Of a DNA stretch of 64,000 nucleotides, positions 1 through 8,755 are shown in pieces. Each line of letters opens with the position of its first letter. Position 1 is the first letter of the stretch. This DNA is from Gemmatimonadales bacterium. GTDB lineage: Bacteria; Gemmatimonadota; Gemmatimonadetes; Gemmatimonadales; GWC2-71-9. Both the position numbers and the translations under genes were made by a program. Location: NCBI GenBank assembly GCA_033764505.1, contig JANRIW010000020.1, forward strand, positions 33,808 to 97,807. Direction: 5' to 3'. Below the pieces are notes generated by a model, which was given only the letters and a program-made list of their open reading frames with translations, was not told the origin of the DNA and did no database searches.

Positions 1-273
1 CGTGGCGGGGGTCGCGTAGATCGGCTTGTCGAACTGGCGCGCCACCAGGAGCGGGAGCCGGCCGGTGTGGTCGATGTGCGCATGGGAGACGATCACCGCG
101 TCGAGCTGGCGCGGATCGAACGGCGTCTCGGCGTTGAGGCGGTGCGATTCCTCGCGGCGCCCCTGGAAGAGGCCGGCATCGAGCGCCACGCGGTGGCCGC
201 GCCACTCAAGGAGGTGGCAGGAGCCGGTCACCTGGCCCGCGGCGCCCCAGAAGGTCAGTGCAATGTCCGTCAT
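1..273 (-). CDS. MBL-fold metallo-hydrolase, beta-CASP-like (N-terminal 91 codons; remainder lies beyond the left edge)
   Basis: Reverse translation from ATG 273..271 gives MTDIALTFWGAAGQVTGSCHLLEWRGHRVALDAGLFQG...LDAVIVSHAHIDHTGRLPLL, with an intact HxHxDH motif. ATGA start/stop overlap with 270..842. Confidence 0.8.
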   Translation of the reverse strand, partial: MTDIALTFWGAAGQVTGSCHLLEWRGHRVALDAGLFQGRREESHRLNAETPFDPRQLDAVIVSHAHIDHTGRLPLLVARQFDKPIYATPAT

Positions 274-842
274 CGGAAGAGTCCCTGCAGCACGAGGATC
301 GGCAACTTGCCCGCTTCGGCGAGCAGGTATTGCAGCTCGGTGCCGAAGCGGCGGGAGATCGGCGACGTGGCGGTGGGCGAGGTGTAGGTGTCGAGGCCGA
401 GGCGTCGGCCCTCGAGTCGCAGTCGCGCGAGGTGGAACGGATCGGAGACGAGAATCACGCGGCTCAGCCCCACACCGCGGAGATAATCGGCCACCGCCTC
501 CATCGAGCCCGAGGTGGTGCGCCCCTCGGCGGCCACCACGATGTCGGTCGCGGCAATCCCGGCGCCGACCAGGTAGCGCTGGCCCGCGGTGGCCTCGCTC
601 ATCCGGTCGCCGGCGACGATGCCGCCGGTCACGACGATCAGGTCGCCAAAGCCCTTGCGATAGAGCTCGGCGGCGTGGTCGAGGCGGGCCTTCAGGACGG
701 GAGAGGGGCGGCCGTCGTACTGCGCCGCGCCGAGGACCACGATCGCGTCGGCCTGAAAGCGCTGGTCCTGACGCGACACACCCAGCACCACGAGGAAGGA
801 GAGGAGATACGTGCTCGCGGCGGCAACGGCGAGGATCAACAT
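270..842 (-). CDS. DUF218/YdcF (SanA/ElyC-like) family protein with N-terminal membrane anchor
   Basis: 190-aa ORF with ATG start. Hydrophobic N-terminus MLILAVAAASTYLLSFLVVLGV, then AIVVLGAAQYDGRPSPVLKARLDHAAELY...VVTGG, typical of DUF218. Confidence 0.7.
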   Translation of the reverse strand: MLILAVAAASTYLLSFLVVLGVSRQDQRFQADAIVVLGAAQYDGRPSPVLKARLDHAAELYRKGFGDLIVVTGGIVAGDRMSEATAGQRYLVGAGIAATDIVVAAEGRTTSGSMEAVADYLRGVGLSRVILVSDPFHLARLRLEGRRLGLDTYTSPTATSPISRRFGTELQYLLAEAGKLPILVLQGLFR

Positions 843-862
843 CCACGCCCGGCTGGTGGGTC

Positions 863-2221
863 TCAGAAGGGGAACGATTCCCCCTCGCGCGGGACGATCA
901 CGTCGCGCACCCCTTCCTCGCGCAGGATGGTGACCATCGTCGCGACGGCCAGGTCGTCGCCATGCACCACGAAGGCGCGCTTGATCGGGCCGACCAGCGC
1001 GCGCAGCCAGGCGCGCATCTCCTCGCCGTCGGCGTGGCCCGAGTAGGCCGAGAGCGTCTCGATGACCGCTCGCCGCGCCACGACCGTGCCGAGGATGGTG
1101 ACCGACTCCGCCCCTTCCTGCAGCAGGCGACCGACCGAGTCCTCCTCGTTGGCCGAGAGGAAGATCACCGTGTGGCGCGCATCGTCGAGGCAGCGGAGGA
1201 GATGGGCCGCGGAGCGCCCGCTGTCGCCGCTCTCGTCGGGCGCGATGATGATTGCCGGCGTGTCGAGCTGGTCGAGCATGGCGCGATCTTCGTCGGTGCG
1301 GATGTAGTGCAACAACGAATGGTCGAACGGCCCGCCCGCGTCGGAGTAGGCGCGCGCGCCGGCCGCGATCGACTCGGGGTGGAGTCGCATCATGGTCGGC
1401 AGGCAGACGTCGGTCGGCGCATCGATCCAGATCGGGATCTTCGGCACGAGGCCACGATGAAAGAGCGACTGCACCGTGCGGATCAGCTCCTGCACCGGGC
1501 CGAGGGCCGAGGCGGGGATGATGATCTGGCCGCCACGCTGGGCGGTGTCGCGAATCAGGGCGGCGAGCTGTTGCTGCGCATCGCCGAACATGGCGTGATG
1601 CTCGTGCGCGAACGGCGACCCGACAATGAGCGTGTCCACCTCACCCGGCATCGTCTCGGGATCGGGGAGGAGCTTGGAGCCGGGGCGACCGATGCAGCCG
1701 CTGTAGATGATCCGGTGCGAGCCACCCTCGCCCGTGCGCAGCTCGATGGAGCTGGAACCGAGGATGTGCCCGGCGACGGCGAATTCGAAGACGAGGTTGC
1801 GACGCAGGTGCAGCGGACGGTGGACCGGCTGCGCCACGAAGCGCGCCTGGGTGGCAAAGACGTCGTCGAGTCCGTAGAGCGGCTCGCGTGCGTCGTCGGC
1901 CGAGTCGATCGCGGCCTCGGCGAGCAGGATCGCCGCCATGTCGCGCGTGGCCGGCGTGCCGTAGATCGGTCCATCGAAGCCGTGCCGCACCAGCTGCGGC
2001 GCGCGGCCGCTGTAGGAGAGGCCCGCCTGCGAGAGGAGGATGGCATCGACGCGACGCGGGTCGAGCGGCAGCTCGCGATTCTTGGCATCGGCGAGGTCGA
2101 CGTTGCCCTGGAAGAGGCCGGCGTCGAGCAGGATCCGCGCGCCGGCCGCCTCGAGGAGAATCATCGAGCCGGTGGCCGTGGCGGCGCCGCCGAAGAAGGT
2201 CAGGGTGCGGGGGGCGCTCAT
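863..2221 (-). CDS. MBL-fold/beta-CASP paralogue with degenerate metal-binding motif
   Basis: 452 aa. The N-terminus aligns by eye with the 1..273 protein (LTFFGGAATATGS, LDAGLFQG, PIYGTPAT), but the HxHxDH position reads LLSQAGLSYSGR. ATGA overlap with the upp stop. Confidence 0.8.
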   Translation of the reverse strand: MSAPRTLTFFGGAATATGSMILLEAAGARILLDAGLFQGNVDLADAKNRELPLDPRRVDAILLSQAGLSYSGRAPQLVRHGFDGPIYGTPATRDMAAILLAEAAIDSADDAREPLYGLDDVFATQARFVAQPVHRPLHLRRNLVFEFAVAGHILGSSSIELRTGEGGSHRIIYSGCIGRPGSKLLPDPETMPGEVDTLIVGSPFAHEHHAMFGDAQQQLAALIRDTAQRGGQIIIPASALGPVQELIRTVQSLFHRGLVPKIPIWIDAPTDVCLPTMMRLHPESIAAGARAYSDAGGPFDHSLLHYIRTDEDRAMLDQLDTPAIIIAPDESGDSGRSAAHLLRCLDDARHTVIFLSANEEDSVGRLLQEGAESVTILGTVVARRAVIETLSAYSGHADGEEMRAWLRALVGPIKRAFVVHGDDLAVATMVTILREEGVRDVIVPREGESFPF

Positions 2222-2859
2222 CGAGTTCCGAAGATGCGGTCGCCGGCGTCGCCGAGACCAGGAAGGATGTAGCCGTCGGCGTTGAGTTGCCGATCGAGGG
2301 CCGCAGCATAGACCGGGACGTCGGGGTGGGCCGCCGTAAAGGCGGCCACACCCTCGGGCACGGCCACCAGACAGATGAGCGCAATGTCGCGGGCGCCGGC
2401 GCGCTTGAGCTCGCTGGCCGCCTCGACCGCCGAGCCGCCAGTGGCCAGCATCGGATCGAGGAGGAAGAAGCGATGCTCCTCGACCGGCGTCGGCACCTTG
2501 AAGTAGTACGAGATCGGCTTGAGGGTGTCGTGATCGCGATAGAGCCCGATGTGGCCGACCCGCGCGTTGGGGATCAGCTGCACCACCGCCTCGACCATGC
2601 CGAGGCCGGCGCGGAGAATCGGCACCAGGGCGATCTTGGCCGCGAGGGTCTGCCCGGTGGTGGTCTCGAGGGGCGTCACGACCTCGACCGGCACCGTCGG
2701 GAGGTCGCGGGTGACCTCGAAGGTCATCAGCGCCGCAATCTCGCCGACCAGCTGCTTGAAGTCGCGGGTCGTGGTCGAAGCCGCGCGAAGCAGCGCCATC
2801 TTGTGGCGAATCAGCGGGTGATCGAGGACGGTGAGGCCGCGAGGCGGGGAAGCGGTCAT
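2218..2859 (-). CDS. upp: uracil phosphoribosyltransferase
   Basis: 213 aa with ILRAGLGM, the PRPP loop LLDPMLATGGS, and the C-terminal signature YILPGLGDAGDRIFGT. Confidence 0.95.
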   Translation of the reverse strand: MTASPPRGLTVLDHPLIRHKMALLRAASTTTRDFKQLVGEIAALMTFEVTRDLPTVPVEVVTPLETTTGQTLAAKIALVPILRAGLGMVEAVVQLIPNARVGHIGLYRDHDTLKPISYYFKVPTPVEEHRFFLLDPMLATGGSAVEAASELKRAGARDIALICLVAVPEGVAAFTAAHPDVPVYAAALDRQLNADGYILPGLGDAGDRIFGTR

Positions 2860-2960
2860 ATGTAATGATAATGATTCAACCCCCGCCGGGTGTTGGCAAT
2901 GCGGAACGTCGCCCCGATACTTGGGGGGTCCCCGACCATTCGTGCCCCAAGGAGTTTGCC

Positions 2961-3884
2961 ATGCGCCGTCCCATGACCCTCGCCCCGTTGCTGGCCGTCG
3001 TGCTCGCGTTCCCCGCCGCCGCCCAGCAGAACCCCTTCGATCTGGCCCTCAAGAACCTCCCGGCCTACACCGTGGACTACACCATGGCCGGCGACATGAC
3101 CGGCACCGGGCGGAGCACCTCCGGCGGCAATCGGATGGCCTCGACCCAGACGGTGACGGGGAAGTTCTTCGGCAAGAGCTCGACCTCGACCACCTGGTCG
3201 CTCACCGACCCCGAGGTGATCTGGTCGGCGGACATCGGCAAGAAGAGCGGGACCAAGTCGGTGAACCCGCTGCCGATGATGGCCAAGGCCTACGACGATC
3301 TCGACGCCGCCGGGCGCGCGCGCTTCCACGACAACATGCGCTCGATGATGCAGTTCGTGACCCGCGCCCTCCCCGGCATCCCGCTCGAAGGCCAGAAGAA
3401 GGGGACGCGCACCATCGCCGGCGAAAGCTGCGAGGTGACCGAGATGGGGAGCTTCACCTTCTGCACCATGCCGAAGCTGCCGGTGACGCTCTACTCGTCG
3501 GGGTCGCTCCTCTGCGTCAACTTCGAGCAGACCGCGACCGCAGTGAGCAAGAGCACCGATGCGGCGCTGATGGAGCCGCCGGCGGGGATCAAGTGGACCG
3601 AGGAGCTCGATCGGCCGCGCGCCGACTCGGCCGCGCGCGCCTGGGTGCAGCAGCTCGCGTCGAAGGAGCTGGCCGACTCGCTCGCCAAGGCGCGGGCGGA
3701 GTACCAGGCCGCGACCGACGGCGGCGAGGCGCAGATGACGCCGGAGCAGCAGAAGGAGATGTGCGAGGCGCTCAAGAACTTCAATCTCGGCAAGGCGATG
3801 AAGAACGCCTTCGGCAATGCCTTCAAGGACGCCGCCAAGGAAAGCCTGAAGGGCGGCCTCAGGGGCCTGATCCGTCGGCCGTGA
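2961..3884 (+). CDS. secreted hypothetical protein
   Basis: ATG preceded by AAGGAG. Signal peptide MRRPMTLAPLLAVVLAFPAAAQQ. No domain recognised. Confidence 0.6.
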   Translation: MRRPMTLAPLLAVVLAFPAAAQQNPFDLALKNLPAYTVDYTMAGDMTGTGRSTSGGNRMASTQTVTGKFFGKSSTSTTWSLTDPEVIWSADIGKKSGTKSVNPLPMMAKAYDDLDAAGRARFHDNMRSMMQFVTRALPGIPLEGQKKGTRTIAGESCEVTEMGSFTFCTMPKLPVTLYSSGSLLCVNFEQTATAVSKSTDAALMEPPAGIKWTEELDRPRADSAARAWVQQLASKELADSLAKARAEYQAATDGGEAQMTPEQQKEMCEALKNFNLGKAMKNAFGNAFKDAAKESLKGGLRGLIRRP

Positions 3885-4342
3885 ACGCCGCCGCGCTCGA
3901 GGCGCTGCGGTCGGTGTGGCGCGAGGAGCTGCCGATCACCAACGCGCTGGGAATCGAAGTGGCGGAGGCGCGTGACGGGGCGCTGGTGCTGCGGATGCCG
4001 CTGGCGCCCAACCGGAATCACAAGGGGACGGCGTTTGCGGGTTCGCTCTCGGCGCTGACCACGCTCGCCGGCTGGAGCCTGCTCTGGCTGGCGCTGCGCG
4101 AGGCCGGGGCCGAGGCGCATGTGGTGATCCAGGATTCGCAGATGCAGTATCTGTTGCCGGTGCATAGCGATGCGCTGGCGACGGCGCTCCCGCCTGCGCC
4201 CGAGGCGATGGCGCATCTGCTCGAATCGCTGCGGCGCCATGGGCGGGGCCGGGTGGGGGTGGAGGTGGTGGTGCGGGATGTGGGGGGGATGGAGGTGGCG
4301 AGGTTTGGGGGGAGGTATGTAGTGGTGAGGGGTGAGGGGTGA
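3881..4342 (+). CDS. hotdog-fold thioesterase (YiiD C-terminal/PaaI-like)
   Basis: GTG start overlapping the previous stop (GTGA). ITNALGIEV...LRMPLAPNRNHKGTAFAGSLSALTTLAGW pattern. The last codons (GEG, stop) lie in a heptamer array. Confidence 0.6.
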   Translation: MNAAALEALRSVWREELPITNALGIEVAEARDGALVLRMPLAPNRNHKGTAFAGSLSALTTLAGWSLLWLALREAGAEAHVVIQDSQMQYLLPVHSDALATALPPAPEAMAHLLESLRRHGRGRVGVEVVVRDVGGMEVARFGGRYVVVRGEG

Positions 4343-4400
4343 ACGGTGAACGGTGAACGGTGAACGGGTTACCAGTGACCAGTAACCAGTAACCAGTGAT
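4324..4400. repeat. in-phase heptanucleotide array, 11 units
   Basis: GGTGAGG x2, GGTGAAC x4, GGGTTAC, CAGTGAC, CAGTAAC x2, CAGTGAT, counted base by base. Confidence 0.9.
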
Positions 4401-4417
4401 CCTGCTATCATCCCAGC

Positions 4418-4906
4418 ATGCGACGCACCCTGCTTCCCCTGATGCTCCTCGCCGGCTGTTCGGCTCCGGCCGCTCCGGCCTTTGACGCCGCCCACCAGGC
4501 CGCGATGGTCGATTCGGTCTCGGCGATGCTCGAGTCCTGGCGCGGCGCGGTGGGGGAGATGGCGGTGGATCGGATCGCCACCTTCTACGCCCCCGACTCG
4601 GCGTTCCGCTGGATCGAGGACGGCGCAACCCGCTACCTGAGCAGCAAAGACATCGGCGAGGCGATCCGCGGGATGCAGGGCTCCATCCGCTCGATGGAGT
4701 TCACCCTGGTGGAGCCGAAGATCTCCCCATTGGCCCCCGGCGTGGCGGTGGTGACCACCGGCTTCACCCAGAAGTTCACCGACACGGCGGGCGTGACCGG
4801 CGGCTACGCGGGCACCATCTCCATGACGGTGGTCCATCGCGACACGGCCTGGCGCTTCCTGGTCGGCCACACCTCCGCGCTGGCCCCCGCGCCGCAGGGT
4901 CGCTAG
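4418..4906 (+). CDS. lipoprotein with NTF2-like (SnoaL/DUF4440-type) fold
   Basis: Lipobox MLLAGCS. About 140 aa of alpha+beta pattern ending VVHRDTAWRFLVGHTS, typical of NTF2-like proteins. Confidence 0.6.
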   Translation: MRRTLLPLMLLAGCSAPAAPAFDAAHQAAMVDSVSAMLESWRGAVGEMAVDRIATFYAPDSAFRWIEDGATRYLSSKDIGEAIRGMQGSIRSMEFTLVEPKISPLAPGVAVVTTGFTQKFTDTAGVTGGYAGTISMTVVHRDTAWRFLVGHTSALAPAPQGR

Positions 4907-4972
4907 GGTTCAGCGATCGTGCCGGGCGGCGTGCCGCCTGGCTCATTGGTCCCAATTCCCCACGTGAGTTCC

Positions 4973-5566
4973 ATGGCCGACACCGAGACCCCCGAAACCC
5001 CCGAGACGCCGGCCGTTCCCGGCGCCTCGCCCATTGCCCAGCGCCTCTTCGACGCCCGGACCATCATCATCTCGGGCGAGATCTCGCAGAAGCTCGCCGC
5101 CCGCGTGATGGCCGAGCTGCTGGCGCTGTCCACGGCATCGTCCGACCCGATCACCATCTTCATCAATTCGCAGGGCGGCCACGTCGAGGCGGGCGACACG
5201 ATCCACGACATGATCCGCTTCGTGACCCCCAAGGTGCGGATCATCGGCACCGGCTGGGTCGCCTCGGCCGGCGCCCTGATCTTCGTGTCGGTGCCGGTGG
5301 GCGACCGCTACTGCCTGCCCAATACCCGCTTCCTGCTGCACCAGCCGGCCGGTGGCGCGGGCGGCACCGCCTCGGACATCGCCATCGAGGCGCGGGAAAT
5401 CGTGAAGATGCGCGAGCGGCTGAACGAGATCTTTGCCCGCGAGACGGGGCAGCCGGTGTCGCGGATCGAGGACGACACCCACCGCAACTTCTGGCTGGGC
5501 GCCGACGAGGCGAAGGCGTACGGGCTGGTGGGGCACATCATCGCGAAGGCGACGGAGCTCCCCTAG
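4973..5566 (+). CDS. clpP: ATP-dependent Clp protease proteolytic subunit
   Basis: [26 protein letters not shown] (catalytic Ser), LLHQP (His) and a conserved C-terminal region. Unusual [14 protein letters not shown]-terminal extension. No clpX adjacent. Confidence 0.9.
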   Translation: MADTETPETPETPAVPGASPIAQRLFDARTIIISGEISQKLAARVMAELLALSTASSDPITIFINSQGGHVEAGDTIHDMIRFVTPKVRIIGTGWVASAGALIFVSVPVGDRYCLPNTRFLLHQPAGGAGGTASDIAIEAREIVKMRERLNEIFARETGQPVSRIEDDTHRNFWLGADEAKAYGLVGHIIAKATELP

Positions 5567-5617
5567 CGGGGTGCGGGATCGGGCGGTACACTCTCCGCCC
5601 CCGTATCGAGGTCCCGC

Positions 5618-5929
5618 ATGCCGAGTTGTCGCCTCTCCGGGGTGGTCCGCGACGAGCTGGGTCACCCTGTCCGTTCCGCCCTGGTGGTGATCCACCCGAT
5701 TGATGTCGGGATGGTGACCGGGGTGGCCGGCGAGTTCGCGGTGCAGTTGCCGCCGGGCCGCTTCCGGTTGCAGGTGCAGGCGGCGGGCTTCCGGTGGGCC
5801 GAGAGCGAGGAGTTGCAGTTGAGCCGCGGGGCGGTGGTGCGCCAGGAGATGGTCCTGACGCTGCGTCATCCGAACCAGCCGGTGCGCCAGTGGCGCGAGC
5901 GCCTGGGACCGCGCGCCTCGGTGCGCTGA
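5618..5929 (+). CDS. carboxypeptidase-regulatory-like single-domain protein
   Basis: LSGVVRDELGHPVRSALVVIHP...TGVAGEFAVQLPPGRFRLQVQAAGF matches the CarboxypepD_reg beta-sandwich pattern. Confidence 0.5.
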   Translation: MPSCRLSGVVRDELGHPVRSALVVIHPIDVGMVTGVAGEFAVQLPPGRFRLQVQAAGFRWAESEELQLSRGAVVRQEMVLTLRHPNQPVRQWRERLGPRASVR

Positions 5930-6011
5930 ACTGCCCCTCGCCCCGTCCGGCGCGATATCTTTCCGACCATTCCCGACCACCCGCTTTTTCCTCCCAGTGC
6001 CCGAGGCCCCG

Positions 6012-6596
6012 ATGCGCGTGTCCCCGCTCCTCCTGTTGCCGTTGCTCGTCCTTCCCGTGGCCGCGCAGGCCCCGACGCCCGAGCCGGTGGCGACGCAGAT
6101 CGCCAAGGCCGTACTGCCGTTGCCGGCGGAGTTCCGCGCCGACGCGTCGGTGATGGGCTACAACGAGGCCGGCGCGCTAGTGATGCTGCGGAAGGGCACC
6201 GGCGGAATGCTCTGCCTCGCCGATGATCCGAAGCAGGAGGATTTCCATGCCGCCTGCTACCAGAAGGAGCTGGAGCCGTTCATGGCGCGTGGTCGCGAGC
6301 TGCGCGCCCGCGGCGTGAAGGGCGGCGACGTGGATTCCACGCGCTTCAAGGAAGTGAAGAGTGGCAAGCTGAAGATGCCGAAGGTCGGCGCCCTCTGGCA
6401 GCTCTTCGGTCCGCACAGCGGCGTCGATGGGGCCGCCGGCACGGTGAGCAAGGAGGTCCGCGCGCTGTACGTGATCTACATGCCGTACGCCACGCCGGCG
6501 AGCACCGGCATCCCGAGCAAGGGCGCGCCGGGGATGCCGTGGTTGATGTTCCCCGGGACGCCGAAGGCGCACGTGATGTTGACGCCGACGATGTGA
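6012..6596 (+). CDS. secreted hypothetical protein
   Basis: Signal peptide MRVSPLLLLPLLVLPVAAQA. No domain recognised. Confidence 0.6.
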   Translation: MRVSPLLLLPLLVLPVAAQAPTPEPVATQIAKAVLPLPAEFRADASVMGYNEAGALVMLRKGTGGMLCLADDPKQEDFHAACYQKELEPFMARGRELRARGVKGGDVDSTRFKEVKSGKLKMPKVGALWQLFGPHSGVDGAAGTVSKEVRALYVIYMPYATPASTGIPSKGAPGMPWLMFPGTPKAHVMLTPTM

Positions 6597-6603
6597 GAAC
6601 AGA

Positions 6604-6670
6604 GGTGAACGGTAAACGGTAAACGGTGAACGGGGGATCGTCCCGTTCACCGTTCACCGTTCACCCTCAC
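6604..6670. repeat. hairpin built from heptamers
   Basis: GGTGAAC GGTAAAC GGTAAAC GGTGAAC GGG - loop - CCC GTTCACC GTTCACC GTTCACC. Confidence 0.9.
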
Positions 6671-6682
6671 GGATCCCACCGC

Positions 6683-7240
6683 ATGCATCCGGATCTCTCT
6701 CCCCTCGTCTCCCAACTCGAATCCCTCCGCGACGACGTGACGCGTCTCGCCGAGTCGGTGGACGACGCGACGTGGGTGACGCGGCCGTCGCCGGCGTCGT
6801 GGTCCATGGGTGAATGCATCGAGCACCTGCTGCTCACCAACGAGGCCTTTCTCCCCGCCATGCACGAGCAGTTGCAGCGCCCCGAGGCGCGCGCCCGCTC
6901 CGCTCCGGCGCGGATGCGACGCGGACTGATGGCGTGGGTGCTCTGTCGCGCACTCGAGCCGCCGGTGCGCTCGCGCTATCCGACCACGGCGCCGTTCGTG
7001 CCGACCACGGCACCACCGCGCACCAGGACGGCGCGCAACTTCGTCACGTCGCAGGAGGCGCTGCTGGCCACCATCCGGCTGGGTGATGGCGTGGACCTGA
7101 CGCGGATTCGGTTGGTGTCGCCCTTCGACGCACGGCTTGAGTACTCCTTCTTTTCGGCGCTGCACATCATCGCGGCGCATCAGCGTCGGCATCTCTGGCA
7201 GGCGCAGCGTGCCCGCGAACGACTCGCCACTGCGAGGTGA
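6683..7240 (+). CDS. DinB-family protein
   Basis: WSMGECIEHLLL and IIAAHQRRHLWQA helices, typical of DinB_2. ATG 6683 chosen because the upstream part of the ORF lies in a repeat hairpin. Confidence 0.7.
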   Translation: MHPDLSPLVSQLESLRDDVTRLAESVDDATWVTRPSPASWSMGECIEHLLLTNEAFLPAMHEQLQRPEARARSAPARMRRGLMAWVLCRALEPPVRSRYPTTAPFVPTTAPPRTRTARNFVTSQEALLATIRLGDGVDLTRIRLVSPFDARLEYSFFSALHIIAAHQRRHLWQAQRARERLATAR

Positions 7241-7243
7241 CCG

Positions 7244-7750
7244 ATGATGGTTGATGCCCTGCGCCGCTGTCTCCTCCGCGACCTCGACTCGCTCGCCGAC
7301 GAAATCTCCGCCTACCCCGACGACGCCACGGTGTGGGCGCTGCCGGCAGGTGCGCCCAACTCCGCCGGCACGCTGGCGCTCCACCTGGTGGGCAACCTGC
7401 GCCACTTCGTTGGCGCCGTGCTGGGGAAGAGCGGCTACCAGCGGCAGCGCGAGGTGGAGTTCTCGACGCGCGACCTGCCCCGCGCCGAGCTGCTCGCCCT
7501 GATTGCGACGGCGCGTAGAGAGGTGGGCGATACGCTCGCCGCGCTCGACCCCGCCGCCCTCGACGCCGACTATCCCCTGCGGCTGCCATTTTCGGCGCCA
7601 GAGGAAGGGCATATCGTCCCCACCGGGCGCTTTCTGGTCCACCTCGCCAGTCATCTGGCCTACCACCTGGGCCAGGTGGACTATCACCGCCGCCTGGTGA
7701 CGGGGGATGTGCAGGGCGTGGGTGCCATCGGGCTGACGGCGCTGTACTGA
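7244..7750 (+). CDS. DinB-superfamily protein
   Basis: GTLALHLVGNLRHFVG and LVHLASHLAYHLGQV His-containing helices. Confidence 0.75.
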   Translation: MMVDALRRCLLRDLDSLADEISAYPDDATVWALPAGAPNSAGTLALHLVGNLRHFVGAVLGKSGYQRQREVEFSTRDLPRAELLALIATARREVGDTLAALDPAALDADYPLRLPFSAPEEGHIVPTGRFLVHLASHLAYHLGQVDYHRRLVTGDVQGVGAIGLTALY

Positions 7751-7829
7751 CCCGAACGCTTGCCGTTTCCTGACGTTCGGTATCGGCTGGGCGACGTAGG
7801 ATTCTCTCTCCCCAGCTGCGAGGTCGCCC

Positions 7830-8342
7830 GTGCGTCGCCTGCTCCTCTCGCTCTCCCTGATGGTCCCCGTGGCCATGTCCGCGCAGCAGCAACCCGCGAC
7901 CCCGCCGCAGCGCCCCCCCACGTGCACCACGCCGACGCATGCCGCCTTCGACTACTGGGTCGGCGAGTGGATCGTGTCCGACAGCACCGGGCGCGACATC
8001 GCCGAGAGCTCGATCACCAAGCTGGCCGACGGCTGCGCCATCCTGGAGCAATGGCGGCCGCGCGGGGGGCCGCAGGGGACGTCGCTCAACTGGGTCGAGG
8101 CGACCGACGGCAAGTGGCACCAGCGCTGGATTTCGGGCGCATCGCCCAGCGTGCTCTTCGTGGGCGAGGCCACCGACGGCGTCATGCGGATGACCACGGA
8201 TGGTGGTGCCACGGGCAAGCGGTGGTCGCGTGGGACCTGGCTCAAGCGCCCCAACGGCGTGGTGCGTCAGATCTTCGAGGGCTCGACCGACGGCACCACC
8301 TGGACGGTGAGTTTCGTGGGCGACTATCGCCCGAAGCGCTGA
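7830..8342 (+). CDS. secreted hypothetical protein
   Basis: GTG start. Signal peptide MRRLLLSLSLMVPVAMSAQQ. Confidence 0.55.
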   Translation: MRRLLLSLSLMVPVAMSAQQQPATPPQRPPTCTTPTHAAFDYWVGEWIVSDSTGRDIAESSITKLADGCAILEQWRPRGGPQGTSLNWVEATDGKWHQRWISGASPSVLFVGEATDGVMRMTTDGGATGKRWSRGTWLKRPNGVVRQIFEGSTDGTTWTVSFVGDYRPKR

Positions 8343-8389
8343 GGCCCGACACCGCTAGATTTCCCGGCGTCCTTCACCGGAGCCGGATC

Positions 8390-8671
8390 GTGGTCACTGC
8401 CGTCATCCTCTTTACCGTTGCCCGCGACCGGATCAAGTCGGTCGGCGAGCAGCTCGCCGAAATGCCCGAAGTGAGCGACGTCTTTTCGGTGGCGGGGAAG
8501 TTCGACCTCGTCGCCATCGTGCGCGTGCCCGCCAACGAAGATCTCGCCGACCTGGTGACCGACCGCATGGTGAAGCTCGACGGCATCCGCGAGACGGAGA
8601 CGTTGATCGCGTTCCGCGCGTACTCGCGCAAGGACATTGAGGCGGGGTTTTCGTTGGGGAGCGGGGATTGA
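8390..8671 (+). CDS. stand-alone Lrp/AsnC ligand-binding (RAM) domain protein
   Basis: GTG start 8 nt after GGAG. VSDVFSVAGKFDLVAIVRV...LDGIRETETLIAFRAY. Confidence 0.65.
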   Translation: MVTAVILFTVARDRIKSVGEQLAEMPEVSDVFSVAGKFDLVAIVRVPANEDLADLVTDRMVKLDGIRETETLIAFRAYSRKDIEAGFSLGSGD

Positions 8672-8672
8672 A

Positions 8673-8744
8673 CGAGAAGCGAGAAGCGAGAGGCGATGGT
8701 CGATGATCGATAAGACATCTTCAGCCGCGGCCGTCAGGCCGCGG
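8673..8744. repeat. heptamer array plus CCGCGGCC-GTCA-GGCCGCGG hairpin
   Basis: CGAGAAG x2, CGAGAGG, CGATGGT, CGATGAT, CGATAAG (8673..8714). Hairpin at 8725..8744. Confidence 0.9.
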
Positions 8745-8755
8745 GATGCGCAACG

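Noticed and set aside
26-2272. 748-aa plus-strand ORF covering four minus-strand genes
   Set aside because: It is an Arg/Gly/Pro/Ala-rich shadow ORF typical of high-G+C DNA. The opposite strand encodes recognisable upp, MBL and DUF218 proteins.
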